This document shows positions 8,975 through 22,241 of a stretch of DNA of 64,000 nucleotides, piece by piece (the first letter of the stretch is position 1; the number at the start of each line of letters is the position of its first letter). Below the pieces are notes generated by a model that searched no databases, had not been told where the DNA came from, and saw only the letters and a list, made by a program, of their open reading frames with translations. The DNA is from Actinomycetales bacterium (lineage in GTDB: Bacteria; Actinomycetota; Actinomycetes; Actinomycetales; JBBRBF01): the NCBI GenBank assembly GCA_038206105.1, contig JBBRBF010000013.1, positions 4,930-68,929 on the forward strand, written 5' to 3'. Both the position numbers and the translations under genes were made by a program.

Positions 8975-10195
8975 TCAGGAGGCCAGCTTCGCCGCGAGGT
9001 TCTCGTCGAGCGCGGCGAGGAACTCCTCGGTGCTGGCGTACTCCTGGTCCTTCGAGACCAGCAGCGCGAGGTCCTTGGTCATCACGCCGTTCTCGACGGT
9101 CTCGACGCAGACCTGCTCCAGGGCGTGCGCGAACCCCGTGACGTCGGGCGTGCCGTCGAGGTCGCCACGGTGCGCCAGTCCCCGGGTCCACGCGAAGATC
9201 GACGCGATCGGGTTCGTCGACGTCGGCTTGCCCGCCTGGTGCTGGCGGAAGTGCCGGGTCACGGTGCCGTGGGCGGCCTCCGCCTCGACGGTCTTGCCGT
9301 CCGGGCTCATCAGCACCGACGTCATCAGGCCCAGCGAGCCGAAGCCCTGCGCGACGGTGTCGGACTGCACGTCGCCGTCGTAGTTCTTGCACGCCCACAC
9401 GTAGCCGCCCTCCCACTTCAGCGCGGCCGCGACCATGTCGTCGATCAGCCGGTGCTCGTACGTGAGCCCCTTCGCCTCGAAGTCGGCCTTGAACTCCTCC
9501 TCGAAGATCCGGGCGAAGATGTCCTTGAACGCGCCGTCGTAGGCCTTGAGGATCGTGTTCTTCGTCGACAGGTAGACCGGGTACTCACGCTGCAAGCCAT
9601 AGGACAGGGACGCGCGGGCGAAGTCCTCGATCGACCGCGTGAAGTTGTACATGCCCATCACGACGCCGCCGTCGTCGGGCATCTTCACGACCTCGTGCTC
9701 GATCGGCTGCGAGCCGTCGTCGGGGGTGTAGGTGAGGGTCACGGTGCCGGGGCCGGGCACGGTGAAGTTCGTGGCCTTGTACTGGTCGCCGTGGGCGTGA
9801 CGGCCAACGACGATCGGCTTGGTCCAGCCCGGCACGAGCCGCGGGATGTTCGAGATCACGATCGGCTCGCGGAAGATGACGCCGCCGAGGATGTTGCGGA
9901 TGGTCCCGTTCGGGGACAGCCACATCTTCTTCAGGCCGAACTCCTCGACCCGCGCCTCGTCCGGGGTGATCGTCGCGCACTTCACACCGACGCCGTGCTT
10001 CGCGATCGCGTTCGCCGCATCGACGGTCACCTGGTCGTCGGTGGCGTCGCGGTGCTCGATGCCGAGGTCGTAGTACTCGAGGTCGACGTCGAGGTACGGG
10101 TGGATCAGCCGCTCCTTGATGAACGACCAGATGATCCGCGTCATCTCGTCGCCGTCGAGCTCCACGACGGGGTTCTGCACCTTGATCTTGGCCAC
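8975..10195 (-). CDS. icd: NADP-dependent isocitrate dehydrogenase (dimeric, eukaryote-like type)
   Basis: [39 protein letters not shown] and [18 protein letters not shown] -10 near 10238-10243. Confidence 0.97.
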   Translation of the reverse strand: MAKIKVQNPVVELDGDEMTRIIWSFIKERLIHPYLDVDLEYYDLGIEHRDATDDQVTVDAANAIAKHGVGVKCATITPDEARVEEFGLKKMWLSPNGTIRNILGGVIFREPIVISNIPRLVPGWTKPIVVGRHAHGDQYKATNFTVPGPGTVTLTYTPDDGSQPIEHEVVKMPDDGGVVMGMYNFTRSIEDFARASLSYGLQREYPVYLSTKNTILKAYDGAFKDIFARIFEEEFKADFEAKGLTYEHRLIDDMVAAALKWEGGYVWACKNYDGDVQSDTVAQGFGSLGLMTSVLMSPDGKTVEAEAAHGTVTRHFRQHQAGKPTSTNPIASIFAWTRGLAHRGDLDGTPDVTGFAHALEQVCVETVENGVMTKDLALLVSKDQEYASTEEFLAALDENLAAKLAS

Positions 10196-10364
10196 GTTGC
10201 GCGCTCCACGGGGGTCGGCGGTGTCGGTCGAGGCGCCAAGTTATCGGACGCCGGCCCGCCGCCCCCACTGCCGGGAGCCGGGGCCGGTGGCTCGCAGGCT
10301 CCGAATCTCGGAGACTGCGCGGTTCGGAGGCCACCTCCGCGCGCCCGACGTCTACCGTGCCCCG

Positions 10365-12452
10365 GTGCGACCCGACGACCTGACCCTGCTGCGCTCGTGC
10401 GGCAGGCCGGCCCTGACCCCCGACGGCGCCACCGCGATCGTGTCCGTCGTCCGGCCCGACCTCGACGCCGACGACGACGTCGGCGGGCTGTGGTCGGCGG
10501 CCACCGACGGCGCGACACCTGTTCGCCGGCTGACCCGCGGTCATCGCGACACCGGACCCGTGGTCAGCCCGGACGGCCGCTGGGTGGCGTTCCTGCGAGC
10601 CGGTCCCGGTGGGCCCGCGCAGCTGCACGTCGTCGAGACCGGCGGCGGGGAGCCGGTGCAGCTGTCCCGCAGCCCGCTCGGTGCCGGAGAACCCGCGTGG
10701 AGCCCCGACTCCCGTCGGCTCGCGTACGTGGCGCGGGTCCCCGAGGCGGGCCGCTACGGCACCCGCCTCGACCCCCGCGGGGAGAAGCTGGCCCCCGAGG
10801 CCGAGCCGCCCCGCCTCGTCACCCACCTGTCCTACCGGGAGGACGGGCTGGGGTACACCCGCGACCGGCGCCCCCACCTGTTCGTGGTCGGCCTCGACGC
10901 CGTTGACACCGGCAGCGGCCTCCCGGACGTCGGCGCGGACCCGGTCGTCGAGGCGGTGCAGGTGACGGACGGCGACCACACCGACTCGGCCGTCGCCTGG
11001 AGCCCGGACGGCCGGCGGCTGGCCTTCTGCTCCGACCGGTACACCGAGCCGCTGGGTCCCTACGGCGAGGACCTGCGCAGCGGCGTGTGGACGTGCGCGC
11101 CGGACGGCAACGACCTGCGCGCGGTGGTGACCGCGTCGCTGACGTGCTCGGACGTGGCCTGGACCCCCGACGGCACCCACCTGGTGCTGCTCGCCGCCGG
11201 TCTGGGCGACGACGGCGTCGACTTCGTCGCACGCACGACCGGGCTGTTCGCCGTCGCGGTCGGTCCCGACGGCGGTCGGCTCGACGGTCCGGCCGGGGAC
11301 CCGCGCCGGCTCACCGACGCCGAGACCGTGGACCTCGGACCAGCGTGCGCGCACCTGGGCGTCTCGGCCACCGGCGTGCTGGCGCAGCACCTGGTGCGCG
11401 GTGCGGTGCGGCTCGTGGAGGTGCCGCTGCCGGCCCGGGGCCGCCCGGTGCCGCAGGCCCTGGCGGCGGACGACCTCGTCGAGGTCGCCGGTGGCCACCG
11501 GGAGGTGCGCTCGCACGCCGTGTCGCCGGACGGCGCCACGGTGGTCGCGACCGTCGCCTCGCCGGACTCGCCCGGCGACCTCCTCGTCGTCCGGCGCACG
11601 GGCGACCTCGTCGCGGGCGGCGGGGACCCGCTGACGGATGTCGCCGCCGACCTGCGCGCCGCCGCCGCCCTCCGGCCGCTGCTGGAGCGCGAGGTCACCG
11701 CGAGCGACGGCTACCCCGTGCACGGCTGGGTCGTGCTGCCCGACCCGGAACGTTTCGGCGAGGGCCCGCACCCGGTGCTGCTGTGCATCCACGGCGGGCC
11801 GTACGCGCACTACGGCTGGGGGCTCTTCGACGAGGCCCAGGTCTACGCGGGCGCCGGGTACGCGGTCGTGCTGGCGAACCCGCGCGGGTCCGCGGGCTAC
11901 GGGCAGGCGCACGGGCGCGTCATCCGCGGCGCGATGGGCGGCCGCGACGCCGCCGACCTGCTGGACGTGCTCGACGGGGTGCTCGGCGATGGCGACCTGC
12001 CGCTGGACGCGGGGCGCGTCGGCGTGATGGGCGGCTCCTACGGCGGCTACATGGCCGCGACCCTGACCACCCGCACCCACCGGTTCGCGGCCGCGGTCGT
12101 GGAGCGCGGCTACCTCGACGGCGTGTCGTTCACCGGGTCCTCCGACATCGGCTGGTTCTTCACCGACGGGTACCACGGCGAGCCCGGCGCAGCCCGGGAG
12201 CAGTCGCCGCTCACGCACGTCGGGGCGGTGCGGACGCCCACCCTGGTGATCCACTCCGAGCAGGACCACCGGACGCCGGTCGAGCAGGGCCAGCGCTGGT
12301 TCACCGCGCTGCGCCGCCAGGGGGTCGAGGCCGAGCTGCTGCTGTTCCCCGGCGAGGGCCACGAGCTCACCCGCTCGGGCCGGCCCCGCCACCGCCGCGC
12401 CCGGTTCGAGCACCTGCTGCGGTGGTGGGCCCAACACCTGCCGGTGGCCTGA
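10365..12452 (+). CDS. S9-family (prolyl oligo/acylaminoacyl) peptidase
   Basis: WSPDG beta-propeller repeats, HGGP, NPRGS, GGSYGG nucleophile, D (EQDHR) and H (GEGH). TACCGT -10 lies 6 nt before GTG 10365. Confidence 0.92.
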   Translation: MRPDDLTLLRSCGRPALTPDGATAIVSVVRPDLDADDDVGGLWSAATDGATPVRRLTRGHRDTGPVVSPDGRWVAFLRAGPGGPAQLHVVETGGGEPVQLSRSPLGAGEPAWSPDSRRLAYVARVPEAGRYGTRLDPRGEKLAPEAEPPRLVTHLSYREDGLGYTRDRRPHLFVVGLDAVDTGSGLPDVGADPVVEAVQVTDGDHTDSAVAWSPDGRRLAFCSDRYTEPLGPYGEDLRSGVWTCAPDGNDLRAVVTASLTCSDVAWTPDGTHLVLLAAGLGDDGVDFVARTTGLFAVAVGPDGGRLDGPAGDPRRLTDAETVDLGPACAHLGVSATGVLAQHLVRGAVRLVEVPLPARGRPVPQALAADDLVEVAGGHREVRSHAVSPDGATVVATVASPDSPGDLLVVRRTGDLVAGGGDPLTDVAADLRAAAALRPLLEREVTASDGYPVHGWVVLPDPERFGEGPHPVLLCIHGGPYAHYGWGLFDEAQVYAGAGYAVVLANPRGSAGYGQAHGRVIRGAMGGRDAADLLDVLDGVLGDGDLPLDAGRVGVMGGSYGGYMAATLTTRTHRFAAAVVERGYLDGVSFTGSSDIGWFFTDGYHGEPGAAREQSPLTHVGAVRTPTLVIHSEQDHRTPVEQGQRWFTALRRQGVEAELLLFPGEGHELTRSGRPRHRRARFEHLLRWWAQHLPVA

Positions 12453-12535
12453 GAGCGACCGCGCTCCCGGCGTGTACCGTCCAGGGCCAGCATCGCGATC
12501 GACCAGCAGCGCCACCACCCCGAGGGAGTGAAGTC

Positions 12536-13528
<993 letters not shown>

Positions 13529-13538
13529 TCGTCGGCGC

Positions 13539-13850
13539 TCAGCCAGGGGCGTTCTGGGCCAGCACGGCGACCGCGACCGCCATCAGCGCGAGGGTGGTCA
13601 CGTCGACGGCCCGGCTGCGGACCGCCAGGGTGCCCACCCGCTGCACCGGCAGCAGCAGGCGCATCGCGGCCGCCACGGCGAGCGTCAGAGCCAGGGCGGC
13701 ACCGCCGGCCCGGAACGACACCAGCCAGCCGGCGCCCACCGTGGCGAGCACCCCGACCACGACGAGGACGACGGGCAGGCGCGGCCCCCCGGGCAGCGGG
13801 GGCTCGCGACCGGCCGGGTCCGGTCCGGCCGTCCTGCCCGTGCCTGCCAC
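13539..13850 (-). CDS. DUF3017-type small membrane protein
   Basis: Three TM segments ending in RLLLP..GTLAVRSRAVDV; conserved position after purH. Confidence 0.75.
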   Translation of the reverse strand: MAGTGRTAGPDPAGREPPLPGGPRLPVVLVVVGVLATVGAGWLVSFRAGGAALALTLAVAAAMRLLLPVQRVGTLAVRSRAVDVTTLALMAVAVAVLAQNAPG

Positions 13851-13861
13851 CGTCCCGCCGG

Positions 13862-15447
<1,586 letters not shown>

Positions 15448-15451
<4 letters not shown>

Positions 15452-16104
15452 GGCACGGTCACCTTCCTGCCGGTCGTGGTCCAGCCGAGGCGGAGCATCC
15501 GCCCGACGTGCTCGACGAGCATGTCGCGCTCGGCGGCCTTGATGCGCTCGTGCAGGGTGGTCTCGTCGTCCCCGTCGAGCACCGGCACCGCGCGTTGCGC
15601 GACGATCGGGCCGGTGTCGACCCCGGCGTCGACGACGAACAGGGTGGCACCGGTGACCTTGACGCCGTGCGCCAGGGCGTCACGGGGCCCGTGGACGCCC
15701 GGGAACGAGGGCAGCAGGGCCGGGTGCGTGTTGACGTAGCGGCCACCGAACCGCTCCAGGAACGCCGGCCCGGCCAGCTTCATGAACCCCGCGGAGACCA
15801 CCAGGTCCGGGGCGTGGTCGGCGACCGCATCGGCCAGCGAGGCGTCCCACGCGGCGCGTTCACCGACGTCGGCGAGCCGGCGCACGAACGTCGGGACACC
15901 GGCCCGCTGCGCCCGTTCGAGTCCGCCGGTCGCGTCCCGGTCGGACCCCACGGCGACGACGCCCGCCCCGTAGCCGGGGTCGGCGCACGCGTCGAGCAGG
16001 GCCTGCAGCAGCGTCCCGGTGCCGCTCACCAGGACGACGACCCGCCCGGGTGCTCCGCGGTGACGGGGCGCCGCCGGCGGGGGCGGCGTCACGGCGTCCG
16101 GCAC
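15448..16104 (-). CDS. purN: Phosphoribosylglycinamide formyltransferase
   Basis: [30 protein letters not shown] and GVDTGPI. TATGGT -10 just upstream; exact start uncertain. Confidence 0.93.
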
Positions 16105-16176
16105 GGTCGGAGACCATAGCCGCCGCGGAGGACCCGGACGGCGGCGCGTCATCCCCGCGGGACGGAGGCGGAGGTC

Positions 16177-16725
16177 GTGGGCAACCCGTACGCACCGCCA
16201 GGCGCGGGTGACCGCTCCGGCGACGGGAGCGGCGACGCCGGCAACCGTCCCGGGGCGGGTCCGGCGGAGCCTGCCGTCCCCCGCGAGCGCGTGCCCCGCA
16301 CCGACCGCGCGCACCGCCCCGAGCGGCCGCCGCCGGACCCGGCCGGTGCGCGCCGGCTCGCAGGTCTGGTGCTGCGCTTCGCCCTGCTGATGCTCGCGTC
16401 CCTGCTGGTCTCCCGGTTGCCCCTGCCCTGGGGGGCCGCCGCGCCGCTGCTGACCCTTGCGGCGCTCGCGGTGGGTGTCGCGGCCCTCGTCCAGGGGGTG
16501 CGGGCCAGGGTGCGCGCCTCGTCCCACGTGCTCGTCGGCCTCGGTCTCGGCCTGGGCGTCGTCGTGCTGCTGCAGCAGGCACTGGTCGTCGCCCTGTGGC
16601 CGATCACCGTGCAGCTCCAGGAGTGTCGCGACGCCGCTCTGACGATCGCCGCCGATGACGCGTGCCAGGCGGACTACGAGCGCCGGATCCGTGACCTGAC
16701 GCGCCTGCCGACCCCGGCCGGGTGA
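16177..16725 (+). CDS. Hypothetical membrane protein (3 TM, C-terminal Cys pair)
   Basis: GGAGG RBS, NPYAPP start and ECR..AC motif; GC3-rich frame. Confidence 0.65.
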   Translation: MGNPYAPPGAGDRSGDGSGDAGNRPGAGPAEPAVPRERVPRTDRAHRPERPPPDPAGARRLAGLVLRFALLMLASLLVSRLPLPWGAAAPLLTLAALAVGVAALVQGVRARVRASSHVLVGLGLGLGVVVLLQQALVVALWPITVQLQECRDAALTIAADDACQADYERRIRDLTRLPTPAG

Positions 16726-18113
16726 ACCGCGGCCGCTCCCGCACCGATCCGGCGGCGCAGCGGCACCCACCGCCTCACCGCCCACCGGACCACCGGCTGC
16801 CGCGCGAGCAGGTCCGCCCCGGGCAGCCGCGTGCCCGGCTCGTCGACCGTGCCCGGCAGCAGCCCGGCCAGCAGCACGCCGAGCGCGACCAGCGCCCCCA
16901 GGGCAGCACCGACCGCGAGAGCCGGCGGCCCCGTCTCCGCCATCCGGCCGGGGCCCGCGGCACCCGACGCCGCCCACGCCAGCAGCCCGGCCCCGGTCCC
17001 GGTCAGGGCCCCGACACCCAGCGCGTCGAGGAGCCGCCCGGCCCAGCCCCGTCCACCCCAGCCGCTTGCCGCCGCGCCGGCAGCCGAGCGCCGGGCCACC
17101 ACCCCGGCGGCGACACCGAGCAGCACCGGCAGCCCCAGCACCGCGAGCCAGGCGCCGGGCAGGCTGGGGCCCGGCAGCGCCGCGAGCAGCGGGACCGCGG
17201 GAACCGAGCCCAGGTCGGACCCCACGACGGTGACGGTCGTGCCCGTCCCCACCGCGAAGCCCGGCCCGGCCACCCACGCGCCGCCCCAGACCACGGACAC
17301 GGGCAGCACCAGCAGCTGCGTCACCGCCAGGACGGCGCCGCCGACCACGCCGGGCGACAGCGCACGGTGGACGGCAAGCACGTCTGACCAACCGTGCACG
17401 ACAGCGACCGCGACCGCGAGCGCACCCAGCGCCAACCAGCCGGCGAGCGCGACACCCACCGCGGGCAGCACCCGGCGCACGCGCGCGGGCAGCCGCAGCG
17501 CGTCGGCGAGCACCCGCCCGGCGGGTCGGTCGGCGGCGGTGCGCGTGGCCCGCAGCATCCCCGCACCGCACGCGGCGCCTGCCAGCACCGCCGCACCGAC
17601 CAGGGCCTGGCCGCTGACCGGACGGGCGACCGGGCTCGCGGCCAGGAGGCTGAGCAGGGCCGCGCCGAACGCGTAGACGGCGGCATAGGCGGCCAGCGCC
17701 CGGCAGCCGCTGACGCGCCGCGGGTGCGGCCCGGCCGGCAGCAGCGCCGCCATCCGCCGGCCGGCGGCCCAGGACCACGAGGCCATCAGGGCGGTGAGCC
17801 CGAGAGGCACGAGGGAGACCTCACCGCCATCCACGGCGATGGCGCCGCCGTGGGCGAGCAGCCACGCGTCGGTCGCGAACCGGACCGCCTCCAACCACGA
17901 CGCACCGGTGCGCGAGGCCGCGAGCCACGCCACGACGACGGGCGCGACCACGCACAGCAACGAGCCGGCGACCGCCTGCACGGCGGACAACGCCCCCAGG
18001 GCGACCGGGGACCGCAACGGGGCGAGCACCCCGTCGGCCGCCGCGGCGTCGGTGCTGGCGTCGACGGTGGAAGGGCTGGTGGGAGGGCGCGGGGACCGGC
18101 TCAGCAGGCTCAT
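16674..18113 (-). CDS. DUF6350/PerM-like polytopic membrane protein
   Basis: WLLAHG, SLVPLGLT, GPGFAVGTGT, PAVPLLAALP and GPGRM; conserved sucD-purN position. Confidence 0.8.
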   Translation of the reverse strand: MSLLSRSPRPPTSPSTVDASTDAAAADGVLAPLRSPVALGALSAVQAVAGSLLCVVAPVVVAWLAASRTGASWLEAVRFATDAWLLAHGGAIAVDGGEVSLVPLGLTALMASWSWAAGRRMAALLPAGPHPRRVSGCRALAAYAAVYAFGAALLSLLAASPVARPVSGQALVGAAVLAGAACGAGMLRATRTAADRPAGRVLADALRLPARVRRVLPAVGVALAGWLALGALAVAVAVVHGWSDVLAVHRALSPGVVGGAVLAVTQLLVLPVSVVWGGAWVAGPGFAVGTGTTVTVVGSDLGSVPAVPLLAALPGPSLPGAWLAVLGLPVLLGVAAGVVARRSAAGAAASGWGGRGWAGRLLDALGVGALTGTGAGLLAWAASGAAGPGRMAETGPPALAVGAALGALVALGVLLAGLLPGTVDEPGTRLPGADLLARQPVVRWAVRRWVPLRRRIGAGAAAVHPAGVGRRVRSRIRRS

Positions 18114-18179
18114 GACCGGTCCATCGTCGGTCACCGGCCCGCCTGGTCGGCGGACCCGGCCCGGCGCGCCGCGCCGGCG

Positions 18180-19082
18180 TCAGGAAGTGCCCGTGATCAC
18201 CTCGCGCAGCAGGGAGGCGGTCTCCGAGGGCGTCTTGCCGACGCGGACGCCGGCCGCCTCGAGGGCCTCCTTCTTGGCCTCCGCCGTGCCGGAGGACCCC
18301 GACACGATCGCGCCGGCGTGACCCATGGTCTTGCCCTCCGGCGCCGTGAAGCCGGCGACGTAGCCGACGACCGGCTTGGTGAGGTTGGCCGCGATGTACT
18401 CGGCGGCGCGCTCCTCGGCGTCCCCGCCGATCTCACCGATCATCACGACGGCGTCGGTGTCGGGGTCGGCCTCGAACGCGGCCAGGCAGTCGATGTGGGT
18501 CGTCCCCACGACGGGGTCCCCCCCGATGCCCACGCACGTGGAGAAGCCGAGGTCCCGCAGCTCGTACATCATCTGGTAGGTCAGCGTGCCCGACTTCGAC
18601 ACCAGCCCGACCCGGCCGCTGGCGGTGATGTCGGCCGGGATGATCCCCGCGTTGGACTGCCCCGGGCTGATCAGCCCCGGGCAGTTCGGGCCCACGATCC
18701 GGGTCGTCCCGGCGGCCTGCGCGTAGGCGAAGAACTCCGTGGTGTCCTTCACCGGGATGCCCTCGGTGATGACGACCGCGAGCGGCATCCCGGCGTCGAC
18801 CGCCTCGACCACGGCGGCCTTCGCGAACGGCGGCGGGACGAAGAGCACCGAGACGTCGGCGCCGGTCTCCGCCATCGCCTCGGCGACGGACCCGAAGACG
18901 GGGACGGCGACGTCCTCGCCGTCGGGGCCGGAGAAGTCGACCTTCTCACCGGCCTTCTTCGGGTTCACGCCGCCGACCACGTCGGTGCCCGACGTGAGCA
19001 TGCGCTGCGTGTGCTTGCGCCCTTCCGAGCCCGTCATGCCCTGCACGACGACCCGGCTGGAGGCGGTGAGGAAGATCGCCAC
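18180..19082 (-). CDS. sucD: Succinyl-CoA ligase alpha subunit
   Basis: [31 protein letters not shown] and MGHAGA. Confidence 0.97.
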   Translation of the reverse strand: MAIFLTASSRVVVQGMTGSEGRKHTQRMLTSGTDVVGGVNPKKAGEKVDFSGPDGEDVAVPVFGSVAEAMAETGADVSVLFVPPPFAKAAVVEAVDAGMPLAVVITEGIPVKDTTEFFAYAQAAGTTRIVGPNCPGLISPGQSNAGIIPADITASGRVGLVSKSGTLTYQMMYELRDLGFSTCVGIGGDPVVGTTHIDCLAAFEADPDTDAVVMIGEIGGDAEERAAEYIAANLTKPVVGYVAGFTAPEGKTMGHAGAIVSGSSGTAEAKKEALEAAGVRVGKTPSETASLLREVITGTS

Positions 19083-19096
19083 GGGTGCCCGTCCCC

Positions 19097-20287
19097 TTAC
19101 TTCGCCGCGTGGGCGAGCTCGGCCGCACGGTCTGCGGCACCGTCCATGGTGTCCACCTGCTCCAGGTGCGGCAGGTCCGCCTCGGTGAGGATGCGGCGTC
19201 CCTCCTCCGCGTTGTTGCCGTCGAGCCGGACGACGAGAGGGTGGGTGATCTCGTCGCCGCGTTCGGAGAGCAGGCCGAACGCCTGCACGATGCCGTTCGC
19301 GACCGCGTCGCAGGCGGTGATGCCGCCGAACACGTTGACGAAGACGCTCTTGACCTGCGGGTCGGACAGGATGATCTCCAGCCCGTTGGCCATCACCTCC
19401 GCGGAGGCGCCGCCGCCGATGTCGAGGAAGTTCGCCGGCTTGACCTCGCCGTGGTCCTCGCCCGCGTAGGCGACGACGTCGAGGGTGCTCATCACGAGTC
19501 CCGCGCCGTTGCCGATGATGCCCACCTGGCCGTCGAGCTTGACGTAGTTGAGGCCCTTCTCCTTCGCGCGCTGCTCCAGCGGGTCGGCCGCGGAGGCGTC
19601 GGCCAGGCCGGCGTGCGCCTCGTGCCGGAAGGCCGCGTTCTCGTCGAGCGTCACCTTGCCGTCCAGGGCGATCACCCGGCCGTCCTCGGTCCGCACGAGG
19701 GGGTTGACCTCGACCAGGGTCGCGTCCTCGTCGCGGTAGACCACCCACAGCGTCTCGAGCACCCGTGCCACGTCGTCGCGGACCGCGTCGGGGAAGCCCG
19801 CCGCCTCGACGATCTCAGCCGCCTTCGCGGCGTCGACGCCGGTGCCGGGGTCGACGGCGACGCGGGCCAGTGCGTCGGGCCGCTCCACGGCCAGCTGCTC
19901 GATCTCGACGCCGCCCTCGACGCTGGCCATCGCCAGGTAGCGCCGGTTCGCGCGGTCCAGCAGCAGCGAGACGTAGTACTCCTCGGCGATGCTGGCGCCC
20001 TCGGCGACCATCACGCGGTGCACGGTGTGACCCTTGATGTCCATCCCGAGGATGCCCCCGGCGACCTCGGCAGCCTCGTCGGCGGACCGGGCGAGCTTCA
20101 CGCCGCCCGCCTTGCCGCGCCCGCCCGTCTTGACCTGTGCCTTGACGACGACGACCCCGCCGTCCGGTGGCAGCAGCCGCTCGGCGGCGGCGCGTGCCTC
20201 GTCGGCGGTCTGCGCGACGACCGCGTCGAGCACGGGGACGCCGTGCTCGGCGAAGAGGTCACGGGCCTGGTACTCGAACAGGTCCAC
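19097..20287 (-). CDS. sucC: Succinyl-CoA ligase beta subunit
   Basis: [30 protein letters not shown] and NFLDIGGGA. Confidence 0.97.
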   Translation of the reverse strand: MDLFEYQARDLFAEHGVPVLDAVVAQTADEARAAAERLLPPDGGVVVVKAQVKTGGRGKAGGVKLARSADEAAEVAGGILGMDIKGHTVHRVMVAEGASIAEEYYVSLLLDRANRRYLAMASVEGGVEIEQLAVERPDALARVAVDPGTGVDAAKAAEIVEAAGFPDAVRDDVARVLETLWVVYRDEDATLVEVNPLVRTEDGRVIALDGKVTLDENAAFRHEAHAGLADASAADPLEQRAKEKGLNYVKLDGQVGIIGNGAGLVMSTLDVVAYAGEDHGEVKPANFLDIGGGASAEVMANGLEIILSDPQVKSVFVNVFGGITACDAVANGIVQAFGLLSERGDEITHPLVVRLDGNNAEEGRRILTEADLPHLEQVDTMDGAADRAAELAHAAK

Positions 20288-20396
20288 GTCGTCGGGTCCC
20301 TTCTGCGTGCGGCTCGCGCGGTCGGCAGGCACCCTAGTGTGCCCGCCGGCGGCACCTCCCGCCCCACCCCGCCGGCGCCCACCCAGGAACCCACAC

Positions 20397-20418
20397 GGTG
20401 ATCATGCACTTCGGGTAC
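20397..20418 (+). repeat. Single copy of the GGTGATCATGCAC-family repeat
   Basis: GGTGATCATGCACTTCGGGTAC between icmB-like and sucC. Confidence 0.85.
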
Positions 20419-20453
20419 GCGGGTCAGGGTGCCGGGATGGCGCGGGGAACGCC

Positions 20454-20870
20454 TCAGTCGGTTGCGACGTGCTCGCGGACCCAGGTGACGATCTCGGCCG
20501 TGGTCGCGCCGGGCGTGAAGACCTTGGCCACGCCGAGCCGCGAGAGCTCGGGGATGTCGGCCTCGGGGATGATCCCGCCGCCGAACACGACGATGTCGTC
20601 GGCGTCCTTCGAGCGCAGCAGCTCGACGACCTTGGCGAACAGCGTCATGTGGGCCCCGGACAGCACGGACAGGCCGACGGCGTCGGCGTCCTCCTGGATC
20701 GCGGCCTCGACGATCTGTTCGGGGGTCTGGTGCAGGCCGGTGTAGACGACCTCCATGCCGGCGTCCCGCAGGGCACGCGCGACGACCTTGGCTCCCCGGT
20801 CGTGCCCGTCCAGCCCCGGCTTGGCAACGACGACCCGGACCGGCGACCCGGCGGCGGTAGGTGTGCTCAT
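20454..20870 (-). CDS. icmB: Stand-alone cobalamin-binding subunit of an acyl-CoA mutase (IcmB/MutB C-terminal-like)
   Basis: [13 protein letters not shown] (DxHxxG), SVLSGAH and GGGIIP; same neighbourhood as Streptomyces icmB. Confidence 0.85.
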   Translation of the reverse strand: MSTPTAAGSPVRVVVAKPGLDGHDRGAKVVARALRDAGMEVVYTGLHQTPEQIVEAAIQEDADAVGLSVLSGAHMTLFAKVVELLRSKDADDIVVFGGGIIPEADIPELSRLGVAKVFTPGATTAEIVTWVREHVATD

Positions 20871-21169
20871 GCTGGACCTCCCCCGCTGCCGTCACCGACC
20901 GGGCGGCCGCCGGCACGGCGGCGACCCGGCGGGTCGTCGTCGACCCGGCGCAGCGGAGATCGCAGCGTATCGGAGCCGCAGGCTGTGCGGGACGCCCGTC
21001 CTGGGCCGCCACCGCGGTGGGTGTGCCGGGCTCGCCGCCGGCACGACGCGGGAGGCCGGGCCTGGCGCTCCTGCGGGCGCGCACGGCTGAACCGGGTTAG
21101 CGTCGTCAGCAGGGCACCGGGGCACGCCGGGCCCACCGACGGCGGGTGACGCCAGCGGACGGAGGACCC

Positions 21170-22213
21170 GTGGCCCTCGACCACGCGACCCGCAGCCGGC
21201 CTGGCGCGCGGCTGGCGGCCTCCGTCGTGGCCACGTCGGCGGGCGCCTGCGCCGCGGCGTCCCGGTTCGGGACCGCCGCGGCCCGCCTGGGTCTGGCGTT
21301 CTCCCGTGCGGGTACCGACGCGGCGCGCGCCGTGTGCACGCCCCGGGGTGCTGCCGGCCTCGCCGTCGAGGCGCTCTGGTGCACCGCTCACCTGGCCGTG
21401 TACCCCTCGGGCCTGCCGCGCGAGCGGGCGGACGACGACCCCGCGCTCGGGCTCGAGGGCCTCGCCCCGCTGCAACGCGGTCTGGTGATCGGCGACGTGG
21501 AGGCCGCGGGCACGCCGATCCTGCTCGTGCACGGCATGGTCGACAACCGGTCGGTGTTCACGGTGCTGCGCCGCGGCCTGCGGCGTCGGGGCTTCGGTCG
21601 GGTGCTGACGATGAACTACTCGCCGGTCGCCAACGACGTGCGGGCGACCGCCCGGGTGCTGGCCGAGGAGATCGAGGCCCTCGTCTCCGAGACCGGGTAC
21701 GAGCGCCTGCACGTCGTCGGGCACAGCCTCGGCGGCCTCGTGGCTCGGTACTACGTGCAGCGGCTCGGCGGCGACGAGCGGATCGACACCCTCGTCACCC
21801 TCGGTACCCCGCACGGCGGGACCCTGCCGGCCTACCTGCTGCCCGCCGGGCTGGGGCGCCAGCTGCGGCCGGGCAGCGACCTGCTCACCGAGCTGGCCGA
21901 GCCCGCACCCGGGTGCCGCACGCGGTTCATCTCCTACTGGTCGGACCTCGACCAGATGGTCGTGCCGCAGCGCAACGGGCGCCTGCTGCACCCCGACCTG
22001 ATGGTGCACAACGTGCTCGTCCGCGGCGTCGGGCACATGTCCCTGCCGATCGACGCCCGGATCGGCCGGGAGATCTCCGGAGTCCTGAGCCAGCTCGACC
22101 CGGGCGGTCAGGGCGTCGTCACCGGCATCAGCCGCGGCCGGCAGGGGCGGCAGGCAGGTGGCCGGCGGGTCGAGCGCGGCGACGGCGGCGGGCGGGCGTC
22201 GAAGCCCTCCTGA
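21170..22213 (+). CDS. Alpha/beta-fold lipase/esterase
   Basis: PILLVHG, GHSLGG nucleophile, LGTPHGG, D (DQMVVP) and GH. GGAGG RBS. Confidence 0.88.
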   Translation: MALDHATRSRPGARLAASVVATSAGACAAASRFGTAAARLGLAFSRAGTDAARAVCTPRGAAGLAVEALWCTAHLAVYPSGLPRERADDDPALGLEGLAPLQRGLVIGDVEAAGTPILLVHGMVDNRSVFTVLRRGLRRRGFGRVLTMNYSPVANDVRATARVLAEEIEALVSETGYERLHVVGHSLGGLVARYYVQRLGGDERIDTLVTLGTPHGGTLPAYLLPAGLGRQLRPGSDLLTELAEPAPGCRTRFISYWSDLDQMVVPQRNGRLLHPDLMVHNVLVRGVGHMSLPIDARIGREISGVLSQLDPGGQGVVTGISRGRQGRQAGGRRVERGDGGGRASKPS

Positions 22214-22241
22214 CCAGCGCGTCCCGGTCAGAGCCTCGTGG

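Noticed and set aside
16674-16725. 52-bp overlap of convergent 3' ends
   Set aside because: Low-complexity C-terminal run-on is common in high-GC genomes, and there is no evidence of function.
20871-21169. Cobalamin riboswitch upstream of the B12-binding icmB-like gene
   Set aside because: No B12-box or GGGAA..CCCGC consensus is visible on either strand.
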